Assembly (NCBI GenBank): GCA_030324005.1
Contig: JARDVH010000106.1
Coordinates: forward strand, 49,098,304-49,162,303
Length of the DNA stretch: 64,000 nt
From: Negaprion brevirostris
Lineage: Eukaryota
Direction: 5' to 3'
Position numbers and translations under genes: made by a program. A model generated the notes under the pieces. It ran no database searches and was not told the DNA's origin. It saw nothing but the letters and a program-made list of their open reading frames with translations. This document shows, piece by piece, positions 58,977-64,000 of the stretch. Every line of letters begins with the position of its first letter. Position 1 is the stretch's first letter.

Positions 58977-61856
58977 AAACACTCCTCCACAATAGGTATG
59001 AGAATTATTGGCTTACAATTTCCTGTATTTCCTCTGTTTCTGTTTTAAATTACTGGAATTATAGTATGCATTTGCCAATTTTAATGATTCCCTAAAGTTA
59101 ATGGATTGGAGGTGACCAAATTCTTGCACCATTTCAACAAGCACCCATATATAATGTTAATATGCACCCAGTGTCTGAACATCTTTTAACTTACCCAGAT
59201 AATCAGTGACCCTTCCCTCCAAAATATATGCTTCTTTTAGTACATCTGCCACAAGCTGGGTAATTAAGGTCCCCTCTGCATTAAAAACATTGAATAAATA
59301 GCCACAAATGGTGGAAACTGTTTAGTCGTACAGGATCACACTTAATTGAAAGCTGCTAATAAGGCTTATAGTGGCATGTTTCATTTTTGATGGCTGAGTC
59401 TGAATTATAGCGATATTAACCAGTCGCTTCAAGCTCAAGATATGAAATTGATGAACATTCACAGCATGCGCTATCCAAGTGATTCATTGAGGAGACTCTT
59501 GCAGGCTACATGAAAATCAACGACCATTTAGAATATTTGTATTAAACATTTATGCAACATTTGATTGGAAAGACAAAATTAAGAAAAGTTTGAAACACAG
59601 GCTTCTTTCTTTGATAGCAAATTACAAAATATTCAATGATAACTTGGAATTGCGGATTAGGAAAGCTTCAAAGTTAAGTGATTAGATTTTCATTTAAAAT
59701 CATAATGGCATCTCTCTGATATTTTCCATAAAGCATAATGTTTGGGATATTTAAAGGATTTAACAATAATAGTTGATTAATCAAATGCACTTGTTTTGTT
59801 GAATGGTGAAGCAAACACATTTGGGAATGCAGAAGGAAGCAGTATGCCTTTTTCTGAATGACAGTACTAAAACCCAAAAAGTACCCCTACCTCAACAATT
59901 GCATAATTTCCAAAGCTATATCCCATTCTGACATTTGATGGAAGAGCCTATGTCCTTTTGGTAAACATTTGATTTTTGTTGAATTGATTGTAGTCCAGGA
60001 ATCAAATAATATTTTACTGAGTTTCACTGTGAATTGTATTCATAGGTTATATTTAATTATATTGTATGGCATAAATAGTATTGTCATTTTTACGGTGAAA
60101 TCCTTCATATGTAGTCCCTAAATTTTATTATAACTCAAGCCAAATCAACCCTCATTTATTATATTATTGAGGAATGCATAGGAGCTGGATCTGGGTCATT
60201 ATTGTGATTATTCCAGTGTGTTTTATGCTAGGCAAGAGATCTCAGTTGCTTGGGGAATTCTGAAAGAGTGCGCAAAATCTAATGAAATCCTTTAGTTCAA
60301 AGGATTTTGGAATGTTTCCTGCAATCATTAGTAGTAGGATTTTATTGGGCCAGTTTTAGTTCTTCCGTTTGAACTGACGGAAGCTGGCAATGGTGGAACA
60401 AGGACCCCTGTGGAGTTCATGAATGCTAGGCTGCCTGAGGTTTCTCAGTTCATTCTCGTGAACAGTACTGTGAATGAGTTGTAGGTCTGCATTACGTTTC
60501 ACTCTGATTGGCAGCTAACCCCTCAGTGGGTAGCAGGTCACATTCCTCCATAGACTCTGTAGACCTACAGCAATTCAAAAGAGGAATTGTTGCTGCAGTA
60601 GAGAAAGTTGGTAGAGCAAACCATTTTGCAGTCATATCAACCAGTGGTCACAGGATGATCAGAGTGCTCTGAATTTCTGCTGGGACTGTATGAATTTAGT
60701 TACAGCAAGTATGGCAAAAAAGAGAGGTTCTTCTCACCACAGATGGGCACAGATGCCTGTCACTAGGTGGTGACCCATGCAAACAGAAGCTGTATTGCTC
60801 CTTGGACTTGCTCCCTGAGCTGCAAATAATTGCATGACTTTATTAGGATGTAAGGCATCAAATATGAATGGCATATCAAATAGCCTCCCATATAAAATCC
60901 TGAACAAGCCTGTCTCCTCTTTATACATGTTTGGAGATTGCATGAGTCCATTGAAGAGAGCTTACTTTGGTTCCTCAGTTATATAGACCAGTGAGTGTGT
61001 TGAGAGCATTGGGAGGAGCAAATGTTGAATTGGCAGTGAAAATGCTGTTTCTCTGCATGTCACAGCATCACTGTCACCTTCTGCCACCCATTCAATAAGA
61101 GCACAAGAGCAAGGTCCTGGTTCACAGAGACTGAGAGCCACTGCCATTTTCAGCATTCAGTGNNNNNNNNNNCCACTGAAAGTGTACAAAGAAGCAGCAG
61201 CATTAGGGAGCAGAAACCACGTATTAACAGGAAGCACAGTCCACAGATCTCACTTTGGGAAATTTATTTTGCACAAGGAAGGCTTTTTGTGCAAGATATC
61301 AATCATTGTATTAATAAGGATCCTGTGATTAAAAACCTGATAAATATCTAATGTACAAAATTTTCGACCTCAAATATCATTACTTTGGAGCTCCGGGTCT
61401 TTCTGCATACACCATGTTTCTCCTTAAACAGGGAATTTATGCAGCAAGTTACAGTAGGTGATACTTTAGCTGGCCTATACTTCACAAACCTCTCCAGATT
61501 TTCACCCAAACCTCTTAAAGAGACCTTCTTATGCCTATATTGAACAGGTATACAAGGATAGTTCAAAGATATCTTAAACATGACCGTAGCCACTTCATTC
61601 ATCTGCTTTATATCAGTGTGGGAAACAGATGAATTCATTTTGCAGTTGTGCCATGCATCAATCTGACCTAACTTTTAGGCAGAAACACAAGTTTTTTTTA
61701 TAGTTATTCACCTTTTCGACAATACCCAAAGGATGCTTGCCCTAGAAGTTAATTTCAGGTTATTTGCCTCGATCTCTGGCACTTAATCGCTGAACAATCT
61801 TTGCCTCCTTATGCATTGCTGCTGTGATGTGTCTAGGGATGTTCAACTTTGTACTT

Positions 61857-62168
61857 GGGCGGCACGGTGACACAGTGGCTAGCACTGCTGCCTCACAGCG
61901 CCAGGGTACCTGGGTTTGATTCCCAGCTTGGATTACTGCCTGAGCGGAGTTTGCACATTCTCCCAGTGTCTGTATGGGTTTCCTCTCAGTGCTCCGGTTT
62001 CCTCCCACAGTCCAGAAGTCGTGCGGATTAGGTGCATTGTCCATGCTGAATTCTCCCTCAGTGTACACGAACAGGCATCAGAGTGCGGTGACTAGGGAAT
62101 TTTCACAGTAACCTTATTGCAGTGTTAATGAAACCTACTTGTGACTAATAAATAAACTTTAAACTTTA
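61857..62168 (+). mobile_element. V-SINE with alternative tail, full length
   Basis: GGGCGGCACGGTGACACAGTGG head; tail TTCACAGTAACCTTATTGCAGTGTTAATGAAACCTACTTGTGACTAATAAATAAACTTTAAACTTTA. Confidence 0.92.
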
Positions 62169-64000
62169 CTAATGGTTAGAAGGGGAGGTTTATTTTTCAT
62201 GCAACAATATTTTATCTTGACTGGCTGCAGATCTTTTTAGTTTTTCTCTTCTTCATCCTCGTAAAACAAATCTCTTGAGGACACTCGACAGCCTGAAGGG
62301 CAAAACAATTTCAGAAATTGGCACTTCAAAATCTCTCCTACTGCCAGCTCTATCTGACAATTTCTAAGCTTCCAGACTCCTTCCCCTCTCCTCCTGTACC
62401 AACAAACGACCTTTCCACAAACTATATTAATCCGGAAACCTATCCCACTACTCTTCTAAATGTGAATGTGCAAAGCGAAGGATAAGAAAATGCCACCAAA
62501 ATAATTACTTCTGCACCACAATGCAAATGTGTACAGTACTGTTCAATTGCAATCATTGAAAAGGCAAAACAAAAGAAAAATGAACGCTGCAACTAATTCA
62601 GGATAATAATTGGGTAAATTCATTGCCCTAAAAATGGCTGTTTGTTTTCAAAATTCAATTTGTTTTCTAGGATCAAATTGGGATGACTAAAGTCTTACCT
62701 CTTCTTTCTGACACCTTCCTTTACTTCAGGTCAATAGAATGCTGTAGTTCATTAAAAAGTCACAAAAGACGTAGTCACTTTCTCACACACAACTTCCTTA
62801 ATACATTTTTAAAGCACTTGAACTACAGAAACTTGTGCAGAAAATGATAAAACGTAAAGGGAGTAGCTGATCAGTAGACCTGACTGAATTGTACTAATTT
62901 ATCTTGGAAAATAAGTTACATTGCATATGCTCTAATTGCACAATTAAATTCAAATCCAAGTCATCGATCTGGATGAAGATATGAAATCCAAGGCCAAGAT
63001 TTTAGGGCTATAGTAAGATGCTTCAGCAGACTGGGTGCTTTGGTCTGAATTAATTTATTCACTCTGAATTTGGAATCCACAGTGACGAACATAATCCAAA
63101 TGCAGTTTTTGGATTCAAGACCGATCTCCTATTCCAAATCAGGCATATCATGAGAACTGGAATTGTTACTATTTTAGTAAAATTGTTGATTCAGAGTATG
63201 ACATTTTGCTCTTCACATTACAAGAAAGTGTGAAACTGTTTTGGATTCCCATTTGCAATCATATTGGCCTTGACACTATGCTGGGATACGACTGTGCGAA
63301 TGGTTAATATATTTGCCTGAAATTTCTCCAGACTGAACAAAGGCTCTCACCCAAAACACAAATCTATTTGTTCACTTTACAGATGTCAGTGCATCTGCTG
63401 TTCATTTTGAGCATTTTATGTTTTTTTTTAATGGTAACGTCATACATAATGGATGAATATTTTACCCCCAGTGAAAATGTCAAACGACATTGACTATTTC
63501 TAGTAAAAAGATTACGCAACATTTCAAATGCAGATTACAAGGAGAATTCCACATGGAATCCAGTCTGATAAAATATTTTACGGGTGAACTGACCAGGAAG
63601 CCTATAAGCAGCAAAATCATTTATGTGTTACATTCAGCCTAAGTGATAAATCTTAAATGTCCTCACAAATATGTAATAGTGAACTGATTTTGGTATTCAA
63701 AGGTATAAAAGCTGAATGTAAAAATAGAGATATGAGTTAATACTAGAACTTAACAAAAATACATACACATAACATGAGCTTTCAAATGACTTTGCAGTTT
63801 TCCCTCCACAGTCGTAGCCTACTGCATAACAACACATCTATTGCTGATATTTAGATTTGTGTTTGTCAAGTAGATCATCAGTTATTCAATTCTTCTTTTA
63901 ATCCAGTAGTCTTAACAGATATATAAGTAAAGTTTCTAAAAAAGTTGATGTAAACAACAGTCATGTATGGACTGCATCATCCTTTCAATTTAGTTATGCA

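Larger units (their letters stand above)
56960..59130 (-). mobile_element. Old decayed CR1 LINE hosting the insertions at 57100-57850 and 58660-58976
   Basis: CATAGAATCAT tail at 56958; RNVRTRGLLLK and QEYSEC remnants on the minus strand. Confidence 0.55.

Noticed and set aside
1-64000. Prokaryotic systems (CRISPR, operons), rRNA genes, intact transposase/RT genes, endogenous viral ORFs
   Set aside because: None seen; all RT-bearing elements are frameshifted and no long gap-free ORF exists.

Overview
Eukaryotic, AT-rich, repeat-dense genomic DNA from a cartilaginous fish, almost certainly a shark. The evidence is many HE1/V-SINE copies, HER1/CR1 LINE fragments, DeuSINE (SacSINE1-like) copies and Penelope-type hammerhead elements. 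The frequent 10-N and ~100-N gaps are typical of a draft linked-read assembly. I recognise no intact protein-coding gene, and the ORF track is mostly TE debris, gap read-through or chance. The window looks like a large intron or gene desert. It contains: (i) two long nested TE clusters (2970-7460 and 42148-49215); (ii) a CR1-clade LINE whose two near-full-length copies start with a tRNA-like Pol III head and appear to lack ORF1; (iii) two V-SINE subfamilies with the same head but different LINE-derived tails; (iv) several decayed hammerhead ribozyme motifs; (v) Harbinger-type MITEs with TIRs and 3-bp TSDs; (vi) an internally deleted Gypsy LTR element; (vii) a few unidentified exon-like segments; (viii) several TE-free, homeobox-motif-rich blocks resembling conserved non-coding enhancers. 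Family names come from recognising motifs by eye, not from database searches, and boundaries are approximate unless TIRs or TSDs are given.
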